Shown: positions 1 to 13,192 of the stretch, in pieces | Position numbering within the stretch: position 1 is the first letter of the stretch | Layout: every line of letters begins with the position of its first letter | NCBI GenBank assembly: GCA_051362555.1 | Contig: CM120640.1 | Location: forward strand, 39,906,788 to 39,970,787 | Reading direction: 5' to 3' | Origin: Lingula anatina | Lineage: Eukaryota > Animalia > Brachiopoda | Length of the DNA: 64,000 bases | The notes under the pieces: generated by a model | What the model saw: only the letters and a program-made list of their open reading frames with translations | Database searches by the model: none | What the model was told of the DNA's origin: nothing | Made by a program: the position numbers and the translations under genes

Positions 1-248
1 TAAGGTTATAAGTAATTATCAGACAACGGTAAACGTTTGCATAGAATTTACAGAAATTATAAAAAGTGATGTGTTTTTTTTACAGTTGTCAGCGTTGCGA
101 AGAGCAAAGATCTGACGATCTTCTAAAGAATTCTGACCATAAAACTTTGTAGGGGTTAGACGCTTTTTGAAGTGAGGTTCCAAAAAAGTTCCTCTTTAAA
201 TATTTATTTAGCACTTCTACTTGTCATATTTGTTGTGATATTTTACAG

Positions 249-1813
249 TCAACAACGGCGAGTCCAACGCCAACTGGCAGCTTTACCACACCTGAAGGCA
301 TAAATATAACTTTGGTCGAAGGAAATATCGAACAAGAAACGGTAAGAGAACTTCAGACGTGGCAAGTCTGACGAACTAATCCTACTTTTTAACTTATGTA
401 TCGAATATCTTGCATCACCCAATGAGTGAGCGACAAATATTTGAATGAGATATATTAAATCAGAAAACTGTAGAAAATGATAAATTCTTAGAAAGTGTAT
501 TATTTTCCATGTCAAGGAAGATTTATATTTCTGGTCTCTTTATGCTGTTTCTCTATATGCTGTTTCTCTTTAGGCCGATGTTATAGTGAACAGCATCAAG
601 TTCGACATGGATCTTAGTGCCGGGAATGTTTCTGCTGCCATTGCTCAGGTTGCTGGCCCCCAGTTACAGCAGGTAGGTTACGTTATGAAACAGGATTTGT
701 GAAAATACTTTTGTTTCATTTGAACTATTTACTTGCTTTAGTTGTAAAGTCGCATAAGTTCTGACTTCCTTTATTTAGCCAATAGTTACTGTTTGTATCT
801 CGTGATGCCACCAATGTTAAGTGACGTAGGCCTCAATTAGAAAGCTTGGGCAATTTTAATTTTTATATGTATTATATATATTATTCTGATGAATCACAAT
901 GATTTTCATAAGTAATAATAATCATCTTCAATACCCTGCAAGGAATGCACAAAGATAGGGAAAATGTCAGCTGGAGAAATGAAGAAGACGGGTGGCTTCA
1001 ATCTCAAGTGCAAGGAAATCTACCATGTCGTCTGTCCGGATTGGGAACCAGGAAAAGAACAGGTTTGCCTGGTCTTATTTCCCTCATTATTTCTAGTATT
1101 TTTGGTCACTGGTTTATCAAAAACTGTATATAATCGTACATAATTTAACTGGCTTCTTCTTTTATGCCCATGTCTGTAACTTTGGCACACTTCTGTGAAA
1201 TCTTAGAACTTAAGATAAAACTGCCTCGATACGACATATATGCAAGTCTTTTCAAGGTTTTTTGAAATCGTAGTTTTTTCTTGTTGAAATTGGAACTGTT
1301 AAAACTCCCTTTCATCTTTTGCCATTTGCAGTATTTTATTTAATTCCAGACGCTATCCAGTCTTATGTCCCAGTGTTTAGCACAAGCACACCAGGATGGA
1401 GTGTCATCCATAGCATTTCCAACTATTGGAACTGGAAACCTGAAGTTTCCGAAAGAAGTTGTCGCTGACGTTATGTTTAAGGAGACCGTGCAATTTAGTG
1501 CAAACAACTCGCAGACCAAAGTCAAGGCAAGCGAAAAGCATTTATCTCTCAATCAGTGAATTTAACTATTATTTCATTTCATTTTAGCAGCGCAGTATGC
1601 ACTTTATATGGCAAATAAAGAGAGACAAATATTTGAAGCCATTTATGTTATGAAAGGTCGTTTTAATCTTATTGAATGCGTTTTATTTCGTTTTTGCCTC
1701 ATAGGATATTCGATTTGTTCTCTATCCCCAAGATGCGCAAAGTATCACTTCTTTTAAGATGAAATTGTTAGAAGTACAGGGGCGGCCAAAAACCGTGCGT
1801 ATGCGTCGAAGAG
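249..1813 (+). other. Macro domain A of the PARP gene (resembles PARP14 macro2)
   Basis: TPEGINITLVEGNIEQET-ADVIVNSIKFDMDLSAGNVSAAIAQVAGPQLQQ-EC...IYHVVCPDW...SIAFPTIGTGNLKFP...DIRFVLYP. Confidence 0.88.
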
Positions 1814-4800
1814 GTAGGTATATTTTAAGTTTCTTTCTTTAAATTATGTTTCACGTTTTCTTTTCAAATGCAGTTTATCGGTACCTGTCATTACTTAATA
1901 TCAATAATCTGAAAATATTACCAAGAGCGCATTGTGTTTTTAGGAAACATGCGCATCAGGTTATAGCATGGTTCCGGAAGTTGTACAAATAAATAAATGC
2001 CAGTGTTGTAAAGATGCATTTTACAAATGTAGTTTTAAATAACTTTCAGTTGCAAAACCAAATACACCTGGGCTTACTTTAAAGTCAATATCAGCGACAT
2101 GCACTGAGACCGATTATCATGGCGTTACCATTCAAGTCCAACAGGGTGACCTCACAAAAGATAAAGTTGATGTCATAGTAAATACGTCAGATGACAAATT
2201 GAGTTAGTTAACTATTATTATTATTATTTGTTATTGTTGTTGTATGAAAATGGTGATTATAAATCCATTTTAATTTAGTTACTATGTATTTGCAAAATTG
2301 TAAATGGTGATTAAGCTTGATATCTTTATTATATGGCTATAGATAAGCAGATGTTTATTAGCATATTACTGTTTCGTCTACTGCACGTGCTATTTAGTTC
2401 TCTGTTTTTGTTCATTAAGACTTTGGAAAGCTGGGTGACCACATTGTGCAGGAAGGTGGTCAGAGCATAAAGGACGAATGTGACCAACATGCCGGCAATG
2501 TACAGAAAGGACAGATAATTGTAACAGGTAAGATTTGTTTTTCGTTTTTATCAAACAAAAATGTGCACATGCTGTTGTTATGTTTAAGCATTCAGAAGAT
2601 TTCCATTGATATAGTTCACAGCAAAGTGAGCCATCAATCTGTTCTATCTAGGATTGCTTTGACTGCAACGAAAGAAATTCGCCTTTAAAGATGATACATT
2701 TTATGAACATTTTATAATGAATGGTACCGTTGTTTTATAGGTGCTGGAAAATTGCCGTTCAAAAAGGTATACCACATGATTTTGACACACAAAAATTTGA
2801 TTCACCAATCCGTGGAAAAGTGCTGCGAACTGGCGGAGAAATTCCGATGTTCTTCCATAAGCTTCCCTGCCATTGGGACAGGTGTGTGACAGTTTTAAAA
2901 AGTCTACTTTCCCCCCCCCCCCCCACCCCAAAAAATTGATAATTATAAGAAAGAAAAATTAAAGATAAGTAATAATAGAATAAACATGTCCTTATGTACA
3001 TATATTTACAACACCAAATAATTATTAACTACATCAATTCTAAACAATCACATATCCTTTGAAGGAAATGCGAACGTGCCTGTGGCCGAGTCAGCCAAAG
3101 AGACGATTGACGGCATTCTTGGCTTTGTTGAAAAGACAAAACCGCATCATCTTCGGCGCATACGTCTCACTATATTTGACCAAAGACAGGTGGGACAGTT
3201 CCACAGTGAACTCAGGTGTAGGGGAACGGCGCCGGTGACTGGGGCGGCCGCAGGTATAATGGGTTTTAGCGATTATGTATATTATGTATATTATAACAAA
3301 TAAATTATCAATGAAAGAAGTGGATTTCATATTATCTAAGTGATAGGCCTATTCATGTATGGATGTAATGCTTTGCATAGTGTAAAAGTCACAGATATAT
3401 TGGTGGTAAAGGATCAGTGGTGTGTTTTTTCTGTTTATATCAATTATTTCTTTTATAATTAGGTATGTAAAAGACACAAAACAATTTCAGCTTAGTGGCT
3501 ATGTCAAGATAATTCTTTTCATAAAATTTGGGTATTTCCCCGATGTGATCTCTTGAATTCTATCTAATTGTAGGCATTTCAATTAAGTCGGAGAAGCCTA
3601 ACTTTATGGAGCTGTCTTGTAATGCAGTTACTGTTCAAGTCAAGCAGGGCAATGTTATGGACGACACTGTTGATATTATTGTGAATACTGTTGACTCCCA
3701 ACTTAGTAAGTAACACTCGTTTTCCAGAGTTCTCAGTAAAGACAACATGACATTTAAGCCACACAATGAGCAATTGACCTTTTTATAGAACATTTTGAAT
3801 TTTCAGTTTCTTTATTTTCCTGGAAATTTCAACCGTTATGCTATACCATAAAACCAATAACGTTCACGGAATTACGCTTCATAAACGAGGGTCTGACGTA
3901 GTTTTATCATGGAGCCATTACCATTGGCTATTGCAATGATTTAGTTATATTGTCATAACTTTATGAGTTTTATAATTTTCTTTGCATTCAGACATGGGAG
4001 TACTTGGCGCTCATTTGGTAAAAGCCGGAGGTGACGATATCAATAAAGAACTACAAACTAAAAAGAGACATGCACAGAAGGGCGCAGTTTTAGATACAAG
4101 TAAACTGATTTTCTATTTTTAATGCCCACATGATCTCGATTCTATAGCACTTTATACTTTTAATTTATCTTTAAAACAATAGCGGATGGGTAATTTCCAC
4201 CACCTACTGCTACTTTTTCTTTCCAAACTATTGAAGTGAAAAACGAAATTTTGCCTTTAATTTCAGCACCTGGCACACTTCCTTTCAAGAGAATTTACCA
4301 CGTGGTTATTCCACCAGCCAATCAGATCCATCGAAGCATTCAACAGTGCTTAACTTTGGCTGAGAAATTCAAATGTTCTTCAATTGCTTTTCCTGCCATA
4401 GGAACAGGTATGTTCAAACACGTTGCCTGTTTTTAAAGATTTTCTCATGATCAAATTATAGACATACACCAAGTGAATAAATAAATCTTATCACCACAAT
4501 CATTTAAAAGTAGCATATATACATGCATTAGTACATGTATATACTACCGAGTTATGATTTAAAAAAACATTTAAGATCGCTTTTAATGAGCGATCTATGG
4601 TATGTCTTCCAGGTAAAGCTCACGTGGATCCAGCAGAGTGTGCCAAGGAGATGTTGGGCGGTATCTTTCAGACACTCCAAGAAAACCGTATGCAAAATTT
4701 GAAGGCGATTTGTGTCACGGTTTTCGACCGAGGTCAAATCCCGATGTTTATAGACGAAGCAAGAGCGCAGAGTAGTGATACTGGTGTAGTTACAAGGGGA

Positions 4801-7800
4801 ACTCGGATAGGTATGTTTTCTTTGGGGTCTGAAAATACCATACTGTGATTTGGTTCAGTTGATTGGTAGATCCGGTGACTCAAAATCCCAGTAAGACCTG
4901 TGGCTCAAACCGGTGCTTTTACTTGATTACCAAACGTTTAAACATGTATGTATATTGTCAGCTTTCCATTCACAGTAGGGATTCAACAGTTCTTTCTCGT
5001 CTATAAAATCAGGTAGGACATATAGATGATCTGAACAGTAAATGGTTTTTCGGAAGCTTCATTTATGAACACGTTATTATATGTGTTATGTGTGTAAATG
5101 ATTGTCATTTTTCCACTGTTTAATAGTTGGCATTATTAAAACTTGACACACTAAAACTGCATCTGTTTTTGTCTTCCATTGATCAATTTTAGGTCGTCGC
5201 CAAACCATGCGCCAACGCCAAAACCTTACAGCTTTACAAAGAGTGATACTTGATATATATGGAGCCAGCGAAAAAGTTGCCAAAACGGACAAGGACATTG
5301 CAGTTTTTATCCAACAGAACACCCAAAAGGTATGCAGGTTTTAGTATTTTGTGTGACTTTGGTTTCAGAATTGTATTCACTCGGGGTTCTTCCAGAACAG
5401 TGTACTTGTTATAGTCACTGAATGATATGCCGCGTCATGAAAATTGGTCTTATAATATCAAGAAGATATAGATGTACGATTGTTTATTGTAATTCAGGAA
5501 ACTATCCAGTTGAAGGGACAGAAATTAACACAAGCTGACATTTCTGAAATTCGAGACCTTGAGGTGGAACGAGGAGTAACAATTACCATAGGTAATCTGG
5601 TTGTTTATTCCAAGTCTCACGAGTCTTTTTAAACAGTATTTAAAAAGATTCTCATTAAAATGTGCTCGAGTGTGGTAATTATGAGGCTACATTATTTATT
5701 CGTTCATGTATACACTATAGAATACGGTACATGTAGTAATTTAAGACCCGAGAGCAAAACATTGTTACACAACCTAAGCAAATATCTTAACCAAATGTTA
5801 ATTCTTAAATAATTTTAAACGCTAGATACAAATGCCTCAACCATAGTGATTGTGGGTTGTTCAATGGATGTTTCTCCGACTGTCAACACTATCTACAAAA
5901 TAATTCATAAGAAGATAGAGGACAGAGCAGAGGAAGAAAAAGCTACAACACTCCAGCGGAACGTTCAGTGGTAAGCCTTTCCATGTTTTCTACTTTTAGC
6001 ACTCTGAGCTTTTCGGGCATGATCCCTCATTGGCTGTTTCACAAAAAAAGGCTTTATTTCGGGATCAATTTTTTCTCTTCAAGATAAATATGCTACAGTC
6101 CATTGAATAAAACATCAATTGGTTTTAGACAGTAACTGTTTCATTCTTGTTACAAAGCAGGCGCAATATTCCACTTGATTGGACGACCTGCTGATTTGTC
6201 TTGGACCAAAGTGAAGTAGAATAACCATCTGAAGTTCTGTTGTTAAACATGCTACAAAAAAACAAAATTCACGTCTGGTTTTCTAGTTAAGTTGCAACTT
6301 TTGAGAGAGATGAACAGAGGCGTAAACAACAACTGACAACGTGAAACGCGATTGTATTTATTTGATTTTTGTAGGTGTTGGATAGCTGCTGAAGATCAGA
6401 GTAGAGAGCCTTTTGATAAAATGACGAACTATCGTGTGGAAATGGCTCACAGAGGGAAGAAAGGGTCAGTGGTATACGAGATAGAGGGCAGTAAATGTAG
6501 ATTGGATTTCAACACCATGACGGAGACAGATTGCAGTGATGGTGTAATTACCCAGGTTATACGAGAGGTCAAAGGTAGGGTCTCTATATTAACGAATTCT
6601 GTTTAGGATTAATAACACCATAAGGAATTTTTTCCTATGGCTTTTCTTCGTTTTCACTGTTTTGATATGTTAGTAGTACATGTGAAAAAGTAAAATTCCA
6701 TGTTTGTGTTTTCGTTTTTCGCAGTACATATGGCAAATTATGCATGCTTTCCCCTTTTTGCAGACCATTCCGTACCTGCTCATTGGTCACCTCAACCACG
6801 TGACAATAATATCCCACGTGTTGTACATCTAGTTTATATAAAAGCTGGGGACCAGGAGTTCGACAAAGTTGCCGGGCAGTTCAACGCCGCCTTTGACGCT
6901 GATACCGTGCCACGAAAGAAAATCATTCAACTGATAAGAATCCAGAATCCAGATTTATACAAACAGTATAAGACGTACAGTGATAAACTGAAGCGTGAGA
7001 ACCAGGGGGTGTAAGTGCACATTGAATCCATCTTAAATCTTAATATTGGAGTCATTTTTAGATTTATTCCAATACATATTCACATTATATACAGAAATCA
7101 ACTGATTGCGAAAAATTTTGCATCATTGTTATCTAAGAAGGTAATTCTTTATCACCGTTTGTCAGATCTATGGCTGTAGACTGTGGTCATGGTTTATGAA
7201 ATCTCAATGAACCTCAGTTAGCAATTCACATAAACTTTGTGTTTTGTAGGAATAATGAGATGTCACTTTTTCACGGAACGTCAGAAGATAAGTGCGATTA
7301 CATAAACCACCAAGGGTTCAACAGAAGCTTTAGTGGCCTAAACGTTGGTAAGCCAATTCATTTAGTCCATTGTTCAACTCATTTAATCAAGTGCTTGTTT
7401 AGTTATTTTTAAAATATAGCTTGAAGCAACTTTTAACATGTTGGTTTTAAAAAAGGGAAATCGTTGACAACACAATTATTTTACTCAAAGGCGCCATCAG
7501 CCATCGAGAACATCTGTTGCATTGGTGTTTCCATAATCGCTTATCTCTTGAAAATGTAATGCACAGTTATTCTTAAACGTGCTAGAGAACATTTTATGGT
7601 AACACTCTTGTTTCGCGTTTCCAGGCGCTATCTATGGAAAAGGAGTATACTTTGCCAAAAACGCCACCTATTCTGCCGATCCCAAGTACTGCACTCCTAA
7701 TACAGCTGGGGAGCAGTTTATGTTCGTGGCCAAGGTACTTGTTGGATCTTACACAAAGGGAGACCCCAAGATGCTGACCCCTCCCCCGAAAGATCCCCAG

Positions 7801-7914
7801 AGACCACTGGTGACTTACAACTCTGTGGTAGACAATGACCAGACTCCGACCATTTTTGTGATATTTTTTGACGCGCAGGCTTATCCTGAGTATCTTATTA
7901 AGTTCCAGTCATAG
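249..7914 (+). CDS. PARP14/PARP15-like macro-domain mono-ADP-ribosyltransferase, 5'-truncated by the window edge (20 exons)
   Basis: Hand-spliced exons with consistent phases: 249-341, 574-672, 943-1062, 1350-1526, 1705-1813, 2050-2202, 2420-2527, 2741-2881, 3065-3253, 3574-3705, 3992-4099, 4267-4407, 4613-4810, 5193-5329, 5498-5591, 5826-5970, 6375-6574, 6764-7010, 7250-7347, 7625-7914 (TAG). Encodes 3 macro domains (DVIVNS/T...FP[TA]IGTG), a KH-like segment, WWE (VQWCW...PFDKMTNYRVEMAH) and an ART domain (LFHGT...GFNRSFSG...YGKGVYFA...FVIFFDAQAYPEYLIKF). Confidence 0.93.
2050..3253 (+). other. Macro domain B of the PARP gene (resembles PARP14 macro3)
   Basis: VTIQVQQGDLTKDKVDVIVNTS...GKLGDHIVQEGG...GAGKLPFKKVYHM...SSISFPAIGTGNANVP...LRRIRLTIFD. 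Confidence 0.88.
3574..4810 (+). other. Macro domain C of the PARP gene (duplicate of macro B)
   Basis: VTVQVKQGNVMDDTVDIIVNTV...GVLGAHLVKAGG...PGTLPFKRIYHV...SSIAFPAIGTGKAHVD...LKAICVTVFD. Same four-exon layout as macro B, with identical 108- and 141-nt internal exons. Confidence 0.88.
4846..4916 (+). mobile_element. Degenerate tRNA-derived SINE head in a PARP intron
   Basis: TGGTTCAGTTGATTGGTAGA (A-box-like), GACTCAAAATC (anticodon-arm-like) and GTGGCTCAAACC (B-box-like). No intact cloverleaf. Confidence 0.3.
6764..7914 (+). other. PARP catalytic (ART) domain with H-Y-I triad, predicted mono-ART
   Basis: FHGT (H), GVYFA (Y) and PTIFVIF, where I sits at the position of PARP1 E988 / PARP14 L. 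Ends AYPEYLIKFQS*. Confidence 0.88.
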
Positions 7915-10900
7915 AAGTGGTATATACGACTCAGGTGTAACTACAGCACAAGCGCAATCTCTGAATGTAACATTTCCCGAAAATGATATATTAACGGATT
8001 TTTCTGTACAGCTAAACTTCCTTAAATGGATTTTTCTGTGCAGCTATATATATTCACACATAGTTCTAGGTGAGAGTGAAGATTATGCAATGCGCGCACA
8101 GTACTACATTTAGCGGACCTTTAATTTTTAACTGGAGGGTCTCATTAATAGGCCAATTTACGACCAAAAATTTGAAGAAGTTGCACTTTTTAAGTTATTT
8201 TTGGCTGAACGAGAGATTAATTTGGTTTATGACTTGGCATGTCGACTATGTTTTAGTCGTATTCAAATTTAGTAGTGCTTTTAAGCTTAAAGTATGCAGT
8301 ACTGGAAACCCACGCTCGCTTTATATGTACAGTATCTTTAAATGTTTCTGGAAGAGAAACAGTCCGTGACGAATTCTAAAGAAGTATATCGTTAAATTTA
8401 CTGCCGCGCTTTTCGGGTTACTAGATATGTGATTTATTGGATGTTCTGTGTCAATGAAAGATAAATTTAAAAAAAAAACAGAATGCTTGTTTTAGTCGTT
8501 TCAAAATAAGTGTTCGTGCTTTCGTCGGTGCATAGCTTGGGTTGTTAGGACTGGCATTCACTATGGGTTCGAACCATTCTGGCAATCCTGAAGGAAAAGC
8601 CTAATGGTGACAGATATGGTGCCATATGCTAGTGCCAATTTAGGCCATAACTAGAAGTTCCACATGGTAATGCTGGTCAATGCCCCATCTCAACGCCTCC
8701 GCACAACACAGCATTTCTTCAAAATTCTGCAAAAGGTTGAGCAACTGGAGTGATGTGCTAATTTTTCCTGGTTTATCTTAGCCACAGTTATATGCACTTC
8801 AACAAACTGAATATATTTCATCCCAGCCTTTAAATTCAAATCACAATCACGGAAGAGAAGCCAATATAAGAAACAATAGTCTCTTCAAAGTAATAAATTG
8901 AAATAATGAATGTCCACAGCTTTTGAGATGACAGAAAAGGGAGACCCAGTGATAATTCTAAAATTGTAGAAATACTTTGACCTCATTATTTTCATTTGGC
9001 TCTTTTGATCTCTTCCAACAAAACGGTCACCACACCTGAGATAATTTAGTTTTGCCTGTCCCAGGTCCAAGCGTTTTGAAACCTTCCCACCCGGAGACCC
9101 GGCAACCTTAACAAGTGACGTAGTCCTTGTAGTTAGTTTTGTTGAACTTTCTTTTAAGTTGGAAAGATACATGTACACTGCAAGCTTACTAATAGATAAA
9201 GGGCACGCAGGAAACGTACAGTACGATTCTTTGTAAAAACTGGGCTTCTCAGGTAGAAAGAGAGACCCCGGGAGATCGTGACGAGTAGCCCGTATATGAG
9301 GAATAAAGAGTACTAGAAACTCCATACTGGCTGCTGTTTTTAATCAAGACACCGTTCTCTTCAAAACTTGGTAACCAACCACGCTTACAATAACAATAAC
9401 TTTTGATGATCTTGGCATTTTGCATCAGTTCACTCTTCCATGGACAGGGTATTTACACTCATCGAGAATTGGTCGTTTTCCAGTTGTACAATTGACCGCC
9501 AGAAGAATCCCGCACGGGAAGAAAAATTTCCGACATATAGTGCCATTTGATGTTAGAATATGCAATTATAAGAAAAATAATAATAAACCGGTTGAATAGT
9601 GCATGTTGTTCTATAAATAAGCAAGAGTACATCACACGGTCGTCATGAAAGCTATTCTCTGGCAGACAAAATAGCAATATTTATGAAATTTTGTTAAATT
9701 CTTTTTTGAAATATAAAAATAAAACTTATGTGCATTTTTTCTGTGCACCATATGTGTTTGTATTCGAAATACAAGAAAAATCAACGTATACTCCTATATG
9801 AACGAGTGTGTGTGTGTGTTTCAAATTAAAATCAACTTGGGTAACAAGGTAGACAAGGCAAATTACGACTATGTTAAGTTATATCTTTCAATCTATATAA
9901 AGCACGTTGATGACGTTTTCTTGAAGCATACAATTAATGATAAAGACACTGAGAAATAATTGCGTTAGTTGCGAGAGATAATTGGCGACATGTTCAACAT
10001 AGGACGACTTATGGGTAGAATGCGTTTGATGTACTTTATTTTAAATGCGATGACTGAACTCCGATTCCGCCTCTTCCCTGGCGCTTTTGAGAATTGCTCG
10101 AACTGATCGAAGCCATTCGGATCGTAAGCCGGGTCATACCTAGAGATTGCAAGTGGGAGAGCTGTTTCAGATTTTCTACTGATATTCAATTTATTAATAT
10201 AACATAATATTTTAATATTATATACCTAAGAATGTAAGGTCTAGGTATAGGAGATTGTCCAGTTGGAGCAGATACAAGTTAAAAATAAAATGAGACAAAA
10301 AGCTCGGCCAAAGGCTTGCGCCAAGGTATTGACCGGCTGCTTAACAGCTCGGTCTAGACAAACTGAGTCTCAAATACACATTGTGTGCGTGCATGTGCGT
10401 TTGTGCGTGCGTGGGTGCATGTAGTTTTTTTCTGACAAAAAAGAAATATTTCTCCCGCCTTAGCCCGATATAAAGACATGTCGTGACGTTTTAAAATAAT
10501 ACAGAAAACATTCTCCCACGTGACATTTATAAGCGTGGGGTTTAAAATCATAAATACAGCGGACTAGGCAGAAGGCAGAGTACGGACTGCTGTATCAGAC
10601 ACTGATTTCACAACATTTTTTTAGATAGTATTACAGCGTCTTATTTCGTCTTCTACCTTGAAATTACAACGACGAACAAAATTGAAGTAACACATTTGAA
10701 CGGAAATATAGGTACATGTAAGTTGTGAGGGAAATTCCTTCACGAATGAACAACACCTTGAATTATCTACTAGACAAGCACTTCTTCAGAAGGTGCTCTG
10801 ATTGCTCTTGGCAGTAAGCGAGTAACCTGAGCAATAGAGCCGCCGCAACATTGCTATATTTGGTGGAGGTAACACTAATGTTATTTACCCCCGCTTTCAC

Positions 10901-11419
10901 ATTAATGTCGTCTGAATCGTTTAAATCATACATTCACATGTCATGTCTGAATTAATGTGGTACATATTACAAAGTGACTATCAGCATAAGGTTGTTAACT
11001 TTTTAAGCGCCTGTGCTTTTATCGTATTCCAGCTTCAATTTTTTTCATTATGCTCATACTTCCTCTCAAAATAATGCCTGTCGACAGCAAACAGCTAATT
11101 TTAAGAGAGCCATAGAGAAACATCGTGATTTACCACGCACAACGGCTTTGGAGAAAACGACGCATAGATGACTAATACAACTAAACGTTTCCCACCCCCA
11201 CCCCATTTCATTCATTCATCCCAACTTCATAACACCCTAACCCAGTGCGTACAAAAATCAAAGCCTCCCCGACTAATTGGTAATTGCATATCAAAGATTC
11301 CCCACAATTTAGACCCTACTGACTGTAGCTGAGTTTCATTCATCACGGTCTGAGAAATAATTTTAAGAGGATATAGATTATACATGTACCAAGAACGTAA
11401 TACATTCTTGATTATACTC

Positions 11420-11560
11420 TGGCTAACCTAGGCCAGGTGTTAAAATGCATGCCTCCCACAGTCTCCAGGTGATGAGTGCGTGGTTTTAAATCAGTGTTTA
11501 ATGTCCTTAGATACGCCAGTTATACTCTTCAATGTAAGAACCGGCACCTGGTCAATTAAA
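11420..11560 (+). mobile_element. Possible decayed SINE
   Basis: GGCCAGGTGTTAAA...GCCTCCC...GTGGTTTTAAATC...GTCCTTAGATAC...ACCGGCACCTGG loosely resembles a tRNA head plus SINE core. Very degenerate. Confidence 0.2.
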
Positions 11561-13192
11561 TCAAACGAGAAAGTAATATACACTTCAATATAATGTTTGT
11601 AAAACATTGTTAACAATTATATTTTTTAAAAAAATTGTACTCCAATAAAAGCTACAAAAGTCTAGACAAACAGTAAGTTTACTGTTTCCATGTCATTCAT
11701 ATAAACGATATGAGAACATTTATAGTGTTTTGATTGATCACCACTTTTTCCGCCGACGAACACTAAAATCAGATACAAGGCATCCAGGCAAAGCGCACCA
11801 GCAGTCTCAGCTGTAATTTGCATTACTATAATATCGATCTGCAAGCTGTGCAGATAGACTGGTCTTCTTTGGCGCAAAAATCGAGATGCCAAAAACTGAT
11901 TAATTTAACCAACACGAGTTCCATGGAAAAAATTAACTACACCAGCTCGATATGCATGGAGTTTGTACTGAAATCAAAACACCATGCGGTGGTTTTTGAT
12001 GGCTCTCTTTGATAAATTACTGGCCAGGTGCGCTAAAATGGAGACCTATAGTCTTGGTGTTAAGTTTTCCATCGACATCAAAGCTGATAAACACTGATAT
12101 AAATCTGTTTCCTTACACGGTTACACTATAGCACGGTTCAATTGCCCAATGTCAAATCAAACGGCACCGAATAAACTGAACGGCGTTTAACGAAATCTAT
12201 AGTTTCTACCGCAGATGTACCAAGATATCACTGCACCGTTAGGTTACTCAAGCTACATATCTTCGACATCAATAATACTACTTCTCTGGTATCTGTTATT
12301 TTCAATGAAAACTTTGAAGTAAACGGCAAAATGTCGTTTATGATATAATGAAAATAAACAAGAAAATACTATCAATCTAAAGTGGCGAAATTCTCTCTTC
12401 GATGCGCCAGTCAAGTTTAGCTTGGAAGTGAAGGTGGGAGAGTACGCATGCCACAGAAATTTCACACTATAACCTTTAAAATGTCAGCATCTAGGGGCCG
12501 CGTCTGGGTAGAGAATTGGTGATTTTTCCCCCTTTAACATGATGTATATTACACCACACAACTTAGTTTCCTCCGGCAGTCGTAGTCTACGTGGGCAGGA
12601 GGAAAAGCGCAACCGATTTGTCTATTTTTGGTAGCTTCGAAAGGTAGTAATGCTACCCATCTGGTACCCTGAGTTTCAGAACGTTGATTCGATCATTCTG
12701 AATGCATTATGTCCATTCCATTTACTTAAAAGAGGCTCTGACATCTGGGGTACCTGCTTGGTTGCATAACGGTAGAATAATTATTTCACGTGTTTACTCG
12801 AAGCATTTTTCCAAAAACAACGAAGCACAGCAGCACATAAAACAGCTATGCCTGCAGTTATATTTTCCCTAAAGAATCATGATTATCTTTGAATAGAACT
12901 TTGTCATTTTTTTCGTCTTTTTTTTTCAAGTCACGGCGTCGTCTGTTTGATCAATAATTCCTCGACTAAGAAATATCGTCTGCTTCTGTTATATAATCAA
13001 GCCATGAGTACTTGGCGCGTAAAAATCCTTTTTGGTGTTTCTAGGGTATACATTGAATCTTGAGAAATTCCTTTTTGATTTTATATGAAAGTTGTGTCCA
13101 CCATGAAAATATATTTACCACGTATTTAAAACAAATTAAGGTCATTCCAATTTAAATTCTGCTTCTTTATCGCCAGCAGTTAGAGGGTCCGT

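Noticed and set aside
86-155. Possible additional PARP exon after the tttttacag acceptor
   Set aside because: All three frames reach a stop by ~152 and I found no convincing donor in phase with the exon at 249.
8530-8580. GGTTCGAACC B-box suggesting a tRNA gene
   Set aside because: No proper A-box spacing or cloverleaf stems; at most a SINE remnant.
8885-9325. 146-aa minus-strand ORF downstream of the PARP gene
   Set aside because: No recognisable domain, no convincing splice context, and codon usage looks non-coding.
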